64,000 nucleotides of DNA. Origin: an uncultured Gammaproteobacteria bacterium. Its GTDB lineage: Bacteria; Patescibacteriota; Microgenomatia; Daviesbacterales; UBA10151. Each line of letters starts with the position of its first letter. The first letter of the stretch is position 1. A program made the position numbers and the translations under genes. The notes beneath the pieces were generated by a model. The model had not been told where the DNA came from and did no database searches. It saw only the letters and a list, made by a program, of their open reading frames with translations. Positions 20,632 to 31,782 of this stretch are shown here, one piece after another. The stretch covers positions 104,502 through 168,501 of the forward strand of contig CAYUPO010000001.1 in the NCBI GenBank assembly GCA_964446685.1, written 5' to 3'.

Positions 20632-21423
20632 TTACCTAACTTCGTAACTTAAAGTAACTGTCATCACAACTTCATTTTCGCCAGGATTAAGCTCAGTCTG
20701 GGCGCTGTCTTGATTGGAGCCGGCTGTCATTGTTTTGTTGTACATCAGAGGACTCTCACCCCGTCCACCTTCCTGGTAATTAATAATTTTGCCTAAATTA
20801 AATCCAGCAGCTTTAGCAGCTGTTTCTGCTTTAGCTTTGGCATCGGCAACTGCTTTGATCCGCGCTTCATTTTCAGCATTTGTTTTATCAACATTATTAA
20901 ACTGAACTCCGCCAATCTGATTGATGCCATTTTTAGTTCCAACATCAATCACTTTTTCCGCCAAATCTATTTTTCCGGCAACTACCACCAAAGTAGTGTT
21001 TGCCCGGTAAGAGACAGCTCTGGAATTGGGATCTTGGACTGCTGGTGGTGTGACTACTTTTTCGGCCGGAAGAGGGCGGTTGTCATAATTTTCATAAACA
21101 TTCAGATTTTCGGTTTTAATATCTTTATCGGCAATTCCTAAAGCTTTTAATTCTGTAGTAACTTTATTAATCACTTCATTCATCTTATTTTTAGCGACAT
21201 CGGCTGTGGCTCCGTCTGCGATCACACCAAGTCTGACAGTGGCTTTATCAGGTGTAATTGAAGCCTTGCCTTCACCTGTTACAGAAAATGCATCACTTTT
21301 TTGAGTTGTGGTACTGGTAACTGAAAAAGGAATCGGTCCAGCCAGTTTGGTATAAACAAACAATGAGAAAAGAATAAAAACAACTGTTAAGGCGATTAGC
21401 CCAAAAGTTCTTAAAAAAGCCAT
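20632..21423 (-). CDS. SIMPL/DUF541 domain protein
   Basis: N-terminal TM helix; VTGEG..PD.A, AR..AVADAK.KA, PGE..V..TVTLSY. Confidence 0.88.
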   Translation of the reverse strand: MAFLRTFGLIALTVVFILFSLFVYTKLAGPIPFSVTSTTTQKSDAFSVTGEGKASITPDKATVRLGVIADGATADVAKNKMNEVINKVTTELKALGIADKDIKTENLNVYENYDNRPLPAEKVVTPPAVQDPNSRAVSYRANTTLVVVAGKIDLAEKVIDVGTKNGINQIGGVQFNNVDKTNAENEARIKAVADAKAKAETAAKAAGFNLGKIINYQEGGRGESPLMYNKTMTAGSNQDSAQTELNPGENEVVMTVTLSYEVR

Positions 21424-21429
21424 TACTTA

Positions 21430-22110
21430 TTATTCACTTTTTTTCTGAGGAAAGTCAACAAATTTTCTCCGATAGTGAACTACTATTAACAACCATATCA
21501 CACCTATTAAATAAGCCCCGATGGTATCGGAAAACCAGTGAGCCCCTAAATAAATTCTTGATACACCAATTAATATTATTAACAAAAGACACACCATTTG
21601 GATTATTTTTTTAACTACACCTTTAGGTAAATAAAGATGGGATACATATAAAAGATACCCCACAAATCCAATATAAAATAAAACATGTCCGGAGGGGAAA
21701 GAGTCGGCTACTTTAAATGTACCAATCTGATTGATCAGATCCGGATCCGGACGTGGTCGGGCGACAACAGCTTTAAAAAAAATGCTTACAGCAACAGCTC
21801 CTGAAGTAGATATTATTAAAACAAAAGCATCATTTAGTTTGCGTAAATGCAGTAGTCCGAGTACTCCCGCAGCTAAAACTAAACTGCCGGGAACAGTGTT
21901 ACCGGCGAAAGTTAGAAGATTCATAAGTTCTGCAAAAACAGGATTTGAGACCTGTTGAATAGCTAATGTAATATATAAATCCAAAGGAAAAAATGTATAG
22001 GTTTTTACTAAAAAAGCTAATACGCCAAAAGAGATTACGATCAAAACAACCATTGCTTCAAACCAGCGGCTTCTTTTTCTAATCTCAGGTTTTGCAGGAG
22101 TGATATTCAT
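21430..22110 (-). CDS. PAP2-family membrane phosphatase
   Basis: K...RPRP, SFPSGH, SRIYLGAHWFSD. Confidence 0.93.
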   Translation of the reverse strand: MNITPAKPEIRKRSRWFEAMVVLIVISFGVLAFLVKTYTFFPLDLYITLAIQQVSNPVFAELMNLLTFAGNTVPGSLVLAAGVLGLLHLRKLNDAFVLIISTSGAVAVSIFFKAVVARPRPDPDLINQIGTFKVADSFPSGHVLFYIGFVGYLLYVSHLYLPKGVVKKIIQMVCLLLIILIGVSRIYLGAHWFSDTIGAYLIGVIWLLIVVHYRRKFVDFPQKKSE

Positions 22111-22682
22111 TTTAATTTCAGCATTTTAACAGATATGGCATAAAAAGAAAAAAATATCATGTTACATAAAACGGCAAATAAAATCGTAAATCCAAGGGTT
22201 GGCAAAAAAGTAAAGACATCCACAATATCCTGTAACACCCGCCCTGGTTGAGTAAACAGATAAAATGAATGTGTTCGCTCAATTTTTCCCATTGTAACGC
22301 CAAAAGCTATTGCAAAGTTCAGCACTATAGCAGCTGGGATTAATAAAGGATTCTCTCTTTTTCGGAAAACCGGAAATAATTTATTTAGCGGATACATTCC
22401 AAAAAGATAAGAAAAAATACCAAAAGTAAAAAGAAAAATATACTGCAGATATAAAACTATTTGTTCTGCAAAACTGCGGGAGGCAAAAAACTGTTTATTA
22501 AAATGCTGAAGATCGGTTACTAGATAAATGGTATTTGGTAAAAATAAAATCCATAACACCAAAAAAAATAATTTAAGATAAAAGTTTTTAAAATAAACCC
22601 AGAGTAACCCAAAAATCAATCCCAGACAGGCCAGGAAAATATTTAAAGACATCCATTCGAGATTTTGCAAAGCAATGGGCAT
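22107..22682 (-). CDS. DUF1361-like membrane protein
   Basis: N.FLA, W.LFLPN.IYL.TDL.H, G..MG..ER motif; multiple TM helices. Confidence 0.78.
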   Translation of the reverse strand: MPIALQNLEWMSLNIFLACLGLIFGLLWVYFKNFYLKLFFLVLWILFLPNTIYLVTDLQHFNKQFFASRSFAEQIVLYLQYIFLFTFGIFSYLFGMYPLNKLFPVFRKRENPLLIPAAIVLNFAIAFGVTMGKIERTHSFYLFTQPGRVLQDIVDVFTFLPTLGFTILFAVLCNMIFFSFYAISVKMLKLK

Positions 22683-22715
22683 TGAAATTAGTATAACGTA
22701 AAAGGATTGCAGAAA

Positions 22716-23981
22716 TTAACTGTTGATTATTTTTTCAAATTTAGTAGTTGATTTAAAAGGACCGATCAGCTGAAGATTGTATTTTTCTTTTCTAAATAAA
22801 TCTTTTGCAACAGCCATTACATCTTCAACCGTCACAGCATCTATCTGTTTGAGGTATTCATCAAAAGGCATCAGCTCCTGGTCTAAAATAAACTGAACAC
22901 CAAAATGCTCAGCCAGAAAATTTGTAGATTCACTTCTGAGAGCTAGTCTGCCTCTGATCATCTCCTTAGCTTTTTTCATTTCATCCATTGTGACAGGAGT
23001 TTTGGTGGTTGCTTCAAGTTCATCTTTGATGACTTTTAATCCCTCTTCTATTTTTTCCAGTTTTATTCCGGCTGACGCTACAAACATACCGGTATCAATA
23101 TATGACTCATGATCGGCTGATACATGATAAGCCAATCCCCTTCTTTCCCTGACCTGCATAAAAAGTCTGGATGACATTCCTTCACCTAAAATAGTAGCCA
23201 GGATTCTGGCAGCAAAACGACGTGGATCATGTCTGTCATAAGCTTCAACCCCCAACACTAAGTTTGCCTGATCAGTTTTTTTGTAATAGGCATGTACCCG
23301 GGACTTAGTTTGCTCAGTTTTTTTATAAGCCGGGACTTTAAATGAATTTCTTTTTGGTAAATCGGCAAAGTATTTTTCTGCCATTTCATCAATGTTTTTT
23401 GGTAGCTTTCCAGCAAAGACTAAGGCCATATTTTCCGGCGCATAAAGTGAATCAACATATTTTTCAAAATCCGGCTGACTGACTCCCATAATAGTTTTTT
23501 CATCTCCACCGATATCCCAGCCCAAAGGTTGGTCACCAAACTGAAGCTGCTCATACAGATCCCAGATGTATCTGGTTGGATTATCCCTATACATTCTCAA
23601 CTCTTCAATAATAACCCCTTTTTCTCGTTCAATTTCCGATTTATCCAGTAAAGATTCTTTAAGCATCGATGATAGAAGATCGGTTGCCAGTTCAACATGT
23701 TTGGCTGAAGATTTAATCCAGTAGAAAGTCCACTCTTTACTAGTTGCAGCATTGTTAACTGCCCCTATTCCATCGACCAGTGTTGCTATAACTTCAGCAG
23801 TTGGATATTTTTTACTGCCTTTAAAAAACATATGTTCCAAAAAGTGAGAAATACCATTTATTTTACGGGATTCATACCTGGAACCTGCACCAACAGAAAC
23901 TAAAGTAGTCACAGAGTCAACATGAGGCATTGGGATAGTAATCAGAGTCAAACCATTTTTAAGAGTCTTAATGTTGTACAT
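22716..23981 (-). CDS. M16-family zinc peptidase
   Basis: GISHFLEHMFFKG (HxxEH), SSRLF..VRE.RGLAY; start set at MYNIK. Confidence 0.94.
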   Translation of the reverse strand: MYNIKTLKNGLTLITIPMPHVDSVTTLVSVGAGSRYESRKINGISHFLEHMFFKGSKKYPTAEVIATLVDGIGAVNNAATSKEWTFYWIKSSAKHVELATDLLSSMLKESLLDKSEIEREKGVIIEELRMYRDNPTRYIWDLYEQLQFGDQPLGWDIGGDEKTIMGVSQPDFEKYVDSLYAPENMALVFAGKLPKNIDEMAEKYFADLPKRNSFKVPAYKKTEQTKSRVHAYYKKTDQANLVLGVEAYDRHDPRRFAARILATILGEGMSSRLFMQVRERRGLAYHVSADHESYIDTGMFVASAGIKLEKIEEGLKVIKDELEATTKTPVTMDEMKKAKEMIRGRLALRSESTNFLAEHFGVQFILDQELMPFDEYLKQIDAVTVEDVMAVAKDLFRKEKYNLQLIGPFKSTTKFEKIINS

Positions 23982-24018
23982 GAAGGCAAGGATAACAAAC
24001 TTTGTATTTTGAATCAAG

Positions 24019-24903
24019 CTAAATTACCAGAACATCCTTTTTATCAGGAATTATATTTGGTCTACCTGGCGGATTTAAAGTGTTTTCAGAAGGTATAAAC
24101 AGCACAAATATTAGATGTCCATTTGGTTGAGCTTGCACATATGATCTAGGTTGTCCAAAGTCATTTGACCCATCTACTCCGTGTGGAACAGCTTTGTTTT
24201 GCTTTTCATCAAAAATAGTCCTGTCTGCCCATACTTTAGGAGCAAATGGAGTCATTTTATTAACGATCGCTTTTAAATCATCATTAGCTATTTCATTTTC
24301 CCCAGCTTTCATCTGTGGGATTATTTTTCCGGATTTATCAACATTAAATTCTACTGATAACAAATCATCAAATCTTTCTCGGTTGGTCTGTATTAGAAAT
24401 TTAATATCAGGATCTGACCCAAGTGGAGAATTTCGATCTAAAATTAATTCATACTGTTTTGCGTTATGCTCAGGTATTTCTCTAATCCGAAACTGCCTAT
24501 TGTTCAAATTATTCGATTTATCTCCAACTAATTCTTTTAAAGCAGGATTATCATCAAGCAATCCAGGAAAATACTCTAAAGTTTTTTTCATACTTAAAAT
24601 AGCATCAGCATACTGCTCATTTTTATTAATTCCCCCGGTAGACTCTGCTGTTCTTGGAACCTCAGTCGGTTTCTTTATTGGTTCAGATTCAACTGATTTA
24701 GTTGTTAAATCAGGGATTGGGGTTGGAGTTGGAATTACAGGAGATTTTTTTATGTCAGGATTATCTTCTGTTAAAAGATACTTGGCAACTCCACCAGCAA
24801 TTATACCTTTAGCGGCAATTTCACCAACCTTTGCTGAAGCTTTTTTAAAAAAATCTCTTTTGCTTAAATGTTTTGATCTTTCTGGAGAAGGCCCATCTGA
24901 CAT
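24019..24903 (-). CDS. Hypothetical exported protein with twin-arginine-like N-terminus
   Basis: LSKRDFFKK, then a hydrophobic stretch and a PTPTP linker. Confidence 0.7.
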   Translation of the reverse strand: MSDGPSPERSKHLSKRDFFKKASAKVGEIAAKGIIAGGVAKYLLTEDNPDIKKSPVIPTPTPIPDLTTKSVESEPIKKPTEVPRTAESTGGINKNEQYADAILSMKKTLEYFPGLLDDNPALKELVGDKSNNLNNRQFRIREIPEHNAKQYELILDRNSPLGSDPDIKFLIQTNRERFDDLLSVEFNVDKSGKIIPQMKAGENEIANDDLKAIVNKMTPFAPKVWADRTIFDEKQNKAVPHGVDGSNDFGQPRSYVQAQPNGHLIFVLFIPSENTLNPPGRPNIIPDKKDVLVI

Positions 24904-24941
24904 ATTTCTAGCATATCATATTGATGTATTAGTTAAAATTT

Positions 24942-25712
24942 TTAAATATAAAAAGACAAAAAGATAAGGGCCAGAATAATTCTGTATACCCCAAAAGCCA
25001 CAAATGTATTTTTTTGGACAAATTTTAGAAACCATTTTATGACCAGTAAGGCTGTAATAAATGAACCAATAAATCCAACTGCAATTAATCCCCATTCACT
25101 ACCTGAAAAAGAAAAATCAGATTTAACTAAATCATAGCCTGTTGCTGCCAGCATTGTTGGAACTGCCAGTAAAAATGAAAACTCGACAGCTACTTCCCTT
25201 TTGGCACCCAGAAACATTCCGCCTAAAATAGTGGCAGCTGATCTCGATACTCCAGGAATAATGGAAACAGACTGAGCTAAACCAATCAAAAATGACTGTT
25301 TAATTGTTAACTTATTAATAGAACTGGTATGACTATCTTTTGCATGATGAATTTTTTCTAGAAAAATCAGTAGGATTCCTCCAATGAGTAAAGATGTAAC
25401 TGTGATTAAAGGGTTTTCCAGCAACACATCTTTGACAATCCGATAAAGCGCGAAACCAATCAGCGCTGTGGGGATAAATGCCACAATGACATTTTTCCAG
25501 ACAGTCATATCCTGAATATATTTTTTAATAAATAAAACAACCACCGCCAATATTGCACCCAGCTGAATATAAATTTCAAAACTTTTGACAAATTCTGTCT
25601 GAGCTATTCCCAGAAGCTGGCTGGTTAAAATCAGATGACCGGTCGAGGAAACAGGTAAAAACTCAGTAATGCCCTCTACAATAGATAAAATTACAGCCTG
25701 GAAAATATTCAT
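24942..25712 (-). CDS. uppP: Undecaprenyl-diphosphate phosphatase
   Basis: EGITEFLPVSSTGH, IQLGAILAV, PGVSRS. Confidence 0.96.
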   Translation of the reverse strand: MNIFQAVILSIVEGITEFLPVSSTGHLILTSQLLGIAQTEFVKSFEIYIQLGAILAVVVLFIKKYIQDMTVWKNVIVAFIPTALIGFALYRIVKDVLLENPLITVTSLLIGGILLIFLEKIHHAKDSHTSSINKLTIKQSFLIGLAQSVSIIPGVSRSAATILGGMFLGAKREVAVEFSFLLAVPTMLAATGYDLVKSDFSFSGSEWGLIAVGFIGSFITALLVIKWFLKFVQKNTFVAFGVYRIILALIFLSFYI

Positions 25713-26380
25713 TTACCGTAAACCTGTTTGAAGTGTGACAACATCTTCTCAACAGATTCTTTACTGGAGGCGGTGGTATTTTCAATAATTACAGCATCTG
25801 GTGCAATCCTTAAAGGTGAGATTTTACGAGTCATATCTTTTTTATCACGGTCAATCATATCCTCCAAGACTTGTTCATACATAATATCCGGATCCTTTTC
25901 CCGAAGCTGAGCCAGTCTTCTGAAAGCCCGGATCTGAATATCAGCTGTCAGATAAAATTTGAGTTTGGCATCAGGAAATATCTCAGTGCCGATATCACGA
26001 CCTGCCATGACAGTATTTTGCTCCAAAGCCACTTTTCTCTGAAGTCTGGTAGAAGCTTCTCTGACTTTTTTATACATGCTGACAATCGGAACTGCTTTGG
26101 TAACTTCTGGATTGTGTAAAATATCTGAGACATCTTCACCATTTAGAAATGTGTGCATTTTATCATTGATATCTTTAAATTCGATCTGAGCTGAGGCAAA
26201 AATTTCTGCAACTTTATCCTCATCATCCAAAGAAATTTTTTGCTTCAAAATAAGCAAGGTTCCGGCGCGAAAAATGGTTCCTGAATCAACATAGTGAAAC
26301 CCGATATTTTTGGAGAAAAGATAACCAACGGAAGATTTTCCGGAAGAAGTAGGACCGTCAATAGGAATTACAATGGACAC
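25709..26380 (-). CDS. cmk: (d)CMP kinase
   Basis: IDGPTSSGKS, DSG..FR, GRDIGT..FPDA, RD..D..R..SPL. Confidence 0.94.
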   Translation of the reverse strand: MSIVIPIDGPTSSGKSSVGYLFSKNIGFHYVDSGTIFRAGTLLILKQKISLDDEDKVAEIFASAQIEFKDINDKMHTFLNGEDVSDILHNPEVTKAVPIVSMYKKVREASTRLQRKVALEQNTVMAGRDIGTEIFPDAKLKFYLTADIQIRAFRRLAQLREKDPDIMYEQVLEDMIDRDKKDMTRKISPLRIAPDAVIIENTTASSKESVEKMLSHFKQVYGK

Positions 26381-26504
26381 TAAAAATGAATTATATAGAT
26401 GTAGGCAGATACAAGCAATACTTAGAATTTAAAATTTTCATTTATAAATAATAACTGATTCTAAACAATGTAATGAATGTAAGAAATGTGATATAATTTA
26501 TACT

Positions 26505-27146
26505 ATGAGATCTGATTCAGAGAAACAGCTTGAGAAAGTTACAAGTATGCTCGAAAAACAACGGCGTGAAGCTTTATTGTTGGCCTTTCGAGCAGAAGAA
26601 GCTAGACAATTATTGCTAAATGGAACATTTTCACCTGACAAATTAATAAACGAATTAATAGGTGATCTAAATCATTTTGGTACGGTTGAGCACAGAGGTC
26701 ATGCAGTGGTAGATTTCAAAGAGATAGCTCGCCGTTTGGAGGGATCATCTGTAATAAATACTGAGATTCCGGAAGACAGAATAGTTTCTGCAGGCCCTTA
26801 TAGTTTAAATGCAACTACAAGATTACTCACGATTAGTGGCCCTTATAAAGCCATTAATTTAGGATCAAATCAAGAAATAGTAAAAAAGCTGGATAATATC
26901 CCAACCCGTCTTTTAGAAATACTTATGGTAAATGCTGGAAGAATTGTGCCTTATATAAGTATGGAAGACTGGGGATGGCAAGATGATGGGTTTGATCACA
27001 GATTGCATATATCTCCTTATATGAGCCATATCAGAAATGCAGTTTTGGATTCAAAAAATCCTAAAAATCCTACCAGATTCAGACTGATAAATAATCACAT
27101 CCAGGCTGGTTATTCATTTGATTTTGACAATACTTTAAGAAGATAG
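26505..27146 (+). CDS. Orphan OmpR-type winged-helix DNA-binding protein without a receiver domain
   Basis: LLEILMVNAGRIV...YMSHIR...I.N....GYSF matches the Trans_reg_C pattern; TGATATAAT 7 nt before the ATG. Confidence 0.7.
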   Translation: MRSDSEKQLEKVTSMLEKQRREALLLAFRAEEARQLLLNGTFSPDKLINELIGDLNHFGTVEHRGHAVVDFKEIARRLEGSSVINTEIPEDRIVSAGPYSLNATTRLLTISGPYKAINLGSNQEIVKKLDNIPTRLLEILMVNAGRIVPYISMEDWGWQDDGFDHRLHISPYMSHIRNAVLDSKNPKNPTRFRLINNHIQAGYSFDFDNTLRR

Positions 27147-27171
27147 TTGATCTAAGTGGTATAATATATCT

Positions 27172-27384
27172 ATGAATCTATTGAATTCAGAAAGAAGCTT
27201 TTCAAGAGTTGCACAGTTAAAAAGATTAAATAATTTTAGACCAAAACTCCCATCAACTGTGGATGAAGCAAATCAATTGGTTAATGAGGCTCAAAAGTTA
27301 CATAGACTCGGCGATAAGGCTAAAGGATTTTTGCGTTTTGCTCAACATGCGCAAGCTAATTTAAATAAAGAGTTATCTAAATAA
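27172..27384 (+). CDS. Small hypothetical protein
   Basis: 70-aa ORF with TGGTATAAT 6 nt upstream. Confidence 0.55.
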   Translation: MNLLNSERSFSRVAQLKRLNNFRPKLPSTVDEANQLVNEAQKLHRLGDKAKGFLRFAQHAQANLNKELSK

Positions 27385-27401
27385 TTTCCCCTCGGATCAG
27401 T

Positions 27402-28718
27402 TCAAGTAATTTTATTTTTTAGATATTTTTTATCTTTTAATTTATCAGGCAGTAAACTTTGATCTGTATACATTTCATAGCCTTTGCCGTATCCCACCTC
27501 TTTCATCAGCTTGGTTGGTGCATTTCTTAAGCTCATTGGTATAGGTAAATTGCCGTATTGTTTGACATCGGCCTGAGCTGCTCTGAATGCATCATAGGAT
27601 GTGCGGTCTTTTTTGGCAGATGCCAGATACACCACTCCATGAGCTAAATTAATACCACACTCTGGGTAGCCAATTGTTTCACAGGCTCTGAACACTTCAT
27701 TTGCCACAACCAAAGCTGTGGGTTGCGCCATACCAATATCTTCAGAAGCAAAGATCACCATTCTTCTGGCAATAAATAAAGGATCCTCCCCTGCTTCAAT
27801 CATTCTGGCTAAATAATAAAGAGCAGCATCAGGATTTGATGCCCGCATTGATTTGATAAAAGCTGAAATTGTATTGTAATGCTCTTCCCCGCCTTTGTCA
27901 TAAGCTAAAGCTTTGTGCTGGAGAGCCTCTTCAATAAGTTCTTTGGTGATTCTACCCTTGTCATGCTGAACCGATTCGGTCTGAGCCTCACGGTCGAAGA
28001 CTTGTTTCAGCATCTTCCCCTTGAATAAGTTCTCATTTTGATCAGCTTGAGAATTGGCAGATCCTGAAACAAGTTCAGGATGACAAAAATACGAAGCTAT
28101 TTCCAAAGTGTTCAAAATCATTCTGGCATCTCCGTTTGAATGTTCAATTAAAAATTCCTGAGCATCTTTAGCAATTTTTAGTTTTAAGTTTCCTAATCCT
28201 TTTTCTTTGTCTTTTAAAGCCCGGTTTATTAACTCTGAAATATCTTCCGGTTTTAGAGACTCTAATACAAACACTCTGGAACGGGATAACAACGGGGAAA
28301 TAATCTCAAAGCTGGGATTCTCAGTCGTCGCCCCAATCAGAGTGATTGTGCCATTTTCAACATATGATAAAAATGCATCCTGCTGGGCTTTATTAAAACG
28401 ATGAATTTCATCAATAAAAACAATAGTCTGCTTTTTTGAAAATAAAGTCCTTTGCCCTTTTAACTCTTCAAAGATTTTTTTCAGATCAGCTATTCCGGTA
28501 GTAACCGCTGAAAATTCCATAAAATCTGAATCTGTTTCATTGGCAATAATCCGGGCTAAGGTGGTTTTACCGACTCCCGGAGGACCCCAGAACATCATAG
28601 AAAAAATCCGGTTTTCTTTAATTGCGTTATAAAGCAGTTTACCAGGAGCTAAAATATGCTTTTGACCAACATAATCAGCGAGGGACTGCGGACGCATTCG
28701 GTCAGATAATGGAATCAT
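27402..28718 (-). CDS. rarA: Replication-associated recombination protein A (AAA+), with an in-frame repeat insertion
   Basis: [50 protein letters not shown]. Confidence 0.96.
   Translation of the reverse strand: MIPLSDRMRPQSLADYVGQKHILAPGKLLYNAIKENRIFSMMFWGPPGVGKTTLARIIANETDSDFMEFSAVTTGIADLKKIFEELKGQRTLFSKKQTIVFIDEIHRFNKAQQDAFLSYVENGTITLIGATTENPSFEIISPLLSRSRVFVLESLKPEDISELINRALKDKEKGLGNLKLKIAKDAQEFLIEHSNGDARMILNTLEIASYFCHPELVSGSANSQADQNENLFKGKMLKQVFDREAQTESVQHDKGRITKELIEEALQHKALAYDKGGEEHYNTISAFIKSMRASNPDAALYYLARMIEAGEDPLFIARRMVIFASEDIGMAQPTALVVANEVFRACETIGYPECGINLAHGVVYLASAKKDRTSYDAFRAAQADVKQYGNLPIPMSLRNAPTKLMKEVGYGKGYEMYTDQSLLPDKLKDKKYLKNKIT
27959..28085. repeat. Complete two-armed palindromic element inserted in frame in rarA, with a nested 30-nt insert
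   Basis: TGTCATGCTGAA[27971-28000]CTTGTTTCAGCATCT ... AGATCCTGAAACAAGTTCAGGATGACA; adds ~42 aa (CHPELVSGS...VQHDK). Confidence 0.9.
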
Positions 28719-28878
28719 AATGAATATATAGTAGATGGTATATAGTATTTAGAGATTTGTATACTGTAATTTTATCAACCATATCTACCGAGCAATATGA
28801 TAACCGAAAGAAAGACGAAGGTCAATTAAGTAACTCATAAAACACTCTCTAAGCCATAGGATTTGCTGAATTAAATAG

Positions 28879-29994
28879 TTATTGCTTAAATTGTCTTATA
28901 TTGTCAGGTTGATGCTGAGATTTCAGAGTTTCAGCTGCATTTAGATTGTTAAGGTGCTCTCCCATCAGCATAACCAGGTTGGGATCTTGAAATACTCCTG
29001 GCTGATTTGAGAACACCTGCAGATCTTTTTTAGCCTGATCCAACACCCCCCAATCTAATGTTAAATCTTGGGCAGCCTGAGGATGGAATTCATTCATAAA
29101 TCGAAGTGCCATAACAGCAGATAAGGCATTACTACCCAGATGAAACTGTTCAGAGGTGCATGCATCTGACTGATATGTCATCCTAGCTTTTCCAATATTT
29201 GATTCATCTTTGGGGTGGACTGCAATTTTTTTATGGTCTGGTGGATACAACTGACCCTGAGTGGCTTTTTCCAAAAAACTAGCCGCTAAAGCAAATGCTT
29301 GCCCCTGTCTGGATCCCCCATGTCTGAGTGGAACATCATAAACATCGATCTGATCGGCTTTTTCAGGAAAAGCTTCCTTTAAACGTATCGCGAGTGACAT
29401 ACTTTTAAATGTTTCCTCAGAATTAATTTTTGAGGGATCATCAATCCGATTGGTATAAAAAAGCTGACCATTCAACATCTTAAACCAATTTCCAGTATCA
29501 GCATTAAACTGTGGATGTCCAGTCTCTAAACTGCCTGTACTTTGCCGTAAATTGGCTAACATATACGCTTTATAAAGATCCCCTTCATAGTGCTCAGAAT
29601 AAGGTAACACTACGCCTGTAATCGAATACTGATAAAATTCATTGATGGCCGTTTCAGCAACTCTTTCAGAAGTTGTTCGGGGTAGTTTCTGGGGTAATTC
29701 ACCTTGCTGCTGCAGTAGTCTGCCGCTTGTCCCTGCTAATAAACCATTATTTTGAAAGATGGATTTCAAATATAGATCTTTTTCAGCTTGAATAGTTTGT
29801 CCACTGGTATCATTTTCCGGTGATGGTATTTCTATTTGTTCAACTGCCTGATCCATTATCATCATTCTGGCAGTAGAATTTGGATTTGGCAAGAGCATCA
29901 CTCCTGGTAAAAGCGGCGTATCTGTCCGAATTGAAAAAAAAGTGACTTCGCCTTCCCCAAAAGGATAGGCTGAAGCCGTCCGTTCAGCAAACAT
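28879..29994 (-). CDS. Hypothetical protein
   Basis: 371-aa ORF; no family recognised. Confidence 0.75.
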   Translation of the reverse strand: MFAERTASAYPFGEGEVTFFSIRTDTPLLPGVMLLPNPNSTARMMIMDQAVEQIEIPSPENDTSGQTIQAEKDLYLKSIFQNNGLLAGTSGRLLQQQGELPQKLPRTTSERVAETAINEFYQYSITGVVLPYSEHYEGDLYKAYMLANLRQSTGSLETGHPQFNADTGNWFKMLNGQLFYTNRIDDPSKINSEETFKSMSLAIRLKEAFPEKADQIDVYDVPLRHGGSRQGQAFALAASFLEKATQGQLYPPDHKKIAVHPKDESNIGKARMTYQSDACTSEQFHLGSNALSAVMALRFMNEFHPQAAQDLTLDWGVLDQAKKDLQVFSNQPGVFQDPNLVMLMGEHLNNLNAAETLKSQHQPDNIRQFKQ

Positions 29995-30056
29995 AGTATT
30001 TCTTATATTAATGCTAGAAGTAATGGATCAGCTAATCTTGACAGGAAGTGGACAAT

Positions 30057-31439
30057 TTATAGTTTTTTGATTCGGGGACCATCTGCTGTATCTTCAACTT
30101 CATATCCTAAATCTTGAATCTTAAATCTTAAATCATCAGAAGTTTTAAAATCTTTACTCTGCCTTGCTACTTCTCTTTGGTCAGCCAGTATTTGAACCTC
30201 TTCCGGAATTACTAAAGGTTTCCCCAAATATTTTTCTAAGTCCAATCCGAGTATTTTGTCCATTGCTAAAAGATCGTTACTTTTACTAAATGTTGTACCA
30301 TCACTCTTTACCATTTCCCACATTACCGCAACTGCTTGTGGTGTGTTTAAATCGTTGTTAGCACTCTCTAAGAATTTCTGATAAAAATGGCTTGGATCAC
30401 CTTTAGCCTCTTCCCAAGACCTAATCTCAGACCTTAAATTATTCAAAGCAGTTTGAGCGGCTTGCAAAGACTCCCAAGTGAAATTCATCTGATCTCTGTA
30501 GTGAGCTGTTAAAAATAAATATCTCAGAGCCAGCGGATCAAAACCTCTTTCAATAATTTCTTCGATTTTATAAAAATTACCTTTTGACTTGGACATCTTT
30601 TCGCCATCAATCATCATATGTTCATGGTGGACCCAGTATTTGGTAAATTGTTTGCCGGTTGCAGCTTCAGATTGAGCAATCTCATTGGTGTGATGAACAG
30701 CGATGTGATCGACACCTCCGGTGTGAATATCGATAGTTTCGCCCAGATACTCCATACTCATCGCTGAACATTCAATATGCCATCCGGGAAATCCTTCACC
30801 CCAGGGGGATGACCAATGCATGGCATGATTTTCAAAATGGCCGACGGTAAAAAACCACAAAGCAAAATCAGCCGGATGTTTTTTGAGAGGATCAACTTTA
30901 ACTTCATCCCTGGAACCAATTTCTTTATCCTCCAATTTTTGCCCGGATAGTTTTGTGTAATCAGGAAATTTGGTAACATCAAAATAAATTGCCTGCGGAG
31001 TCTGATAAGTAAAACCTTTTTCTTCCAGCTGCTGAATTAAATTTATTTGCTGGGGAATATGTTCTGTAGCTCGGCAAATAATATCCGGAGTTTCAAAATT
31101 AATTTTAGCTAAAGATTCCCAGGAATAATTTTCAAAAAACTTAGCTACTTCCCAAACTGTCTTTCCGGCTTTCTTAGCACCTTTTTCCATCTTATCTCCG
31201 CCTTCATCAGCATCAGATTCCAAGTGCCCAACATCTGTTACATTCATCACATGTTTAACCTGATAACCGTTGGCCCGCAGCACTCTTTTTAAAACATCAT
31301 CTCCCACATATTTATACAGGTGTCCGATATGGGTATAGTCATAGACTGTCACGCCGCAGGTATAAAGACCAACCTGGTTGTCCTTAAGTGGAATAAAATC
31401 TTCTATTTTGCGGGATAAAGTGTTGTAGAGTTTTAACAT
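30057..31439 (-). CDS. cysS: Cysteine--tRNA ligase
   Basis: [25 protein letters not shown]. Confidence 0.98.
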   Translation of the reverse strand: MLKLYNTLSRKIEDFIPLKDNQVGLYTCGVTVYDYTHIGHLYKYVGDDVLKRVLRANGYQVKHVMNVTDVGHLESDADEGGDKMEKGAKKAGKTVWEVAKFFENYSWESLAKINFETPDIICRATEHIPQQINLIQQLEEKGFTYQTPQAIYFDVTKFPDYTKLSGQKLEDKEIGSRDEVKVDPLKKHPADFALWFFTVGHFENHAMHWSSPWGEGFPGWHIECSAMSMEYLGETIDIHTGGVDHIAVHHTNEIAQSEAATGKQFTKYWVHHEHMMIDGEKMSKSKGNFYKIEEIIERGFDPLALRYLFLTAHYRDQMNFTWESLQAAQTALNNLRSEIRSWEEAKGDPSHFYQKFLESANNDLNTPQAVAVMWEMVKSDGTTFSKSNDLLAMDKILGLDLEKYLGKPLVIPEEVQILADQREVARQSKDFKTSDDLRFKIQDLGYEVEDTADGPRIKKL

Positions 31440-31500
31440 TGAGGTAAGTATATGAGAATAGGCTTGAAAATTCCAGAGTAATTAATTACACTCCTCAAAT

Positions 31501-31758
31501 ATGGATGATAAAAATGCAAATAAAATTTTTACACACCTTTTTCAGATGGAAGACCGTCTGAATAATAAGTTAGAGTCTTACCACAATGAAATTACTGAGT
31601 TTAAAGATGGGGTTCATACCAGAATAGATGAAGTTATGGGAGAGTTAATTAGAATACGTGAGGAGCAATCTTTTTCAGGACATAGAATTTCTAATCTTGA
31701 AGAGCGGGTCGAAACCATTGAAAAAGTTCCGGTCATTGCTCATACAATTAAAAAATGA
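31501..31758 (+). CDS. Small coiled-coil hypothetical protein
   Basis: 85 aa with heptad pattern; TTGAAA-17-TACACT promoter upstream. Confidence 0.7.
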   Translation: MDDKNANKIFTHLFQMEDRLNNKLESYHNEITEFKDGVHTRIDEVMGELIRIREEQSFSGHRISNLEERVETIEKVPVIAHTIKK

Positions 31759-31782
31759 GCAAAGCTCTTGCTTCGCAATAAT

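Noticed and set aside
24194-24967. 257-aa plus-strand ORF
   Set aside because: Antisense shadow of the 294-aa minus-strand gene, with a TTG start and no protein-like motifs.
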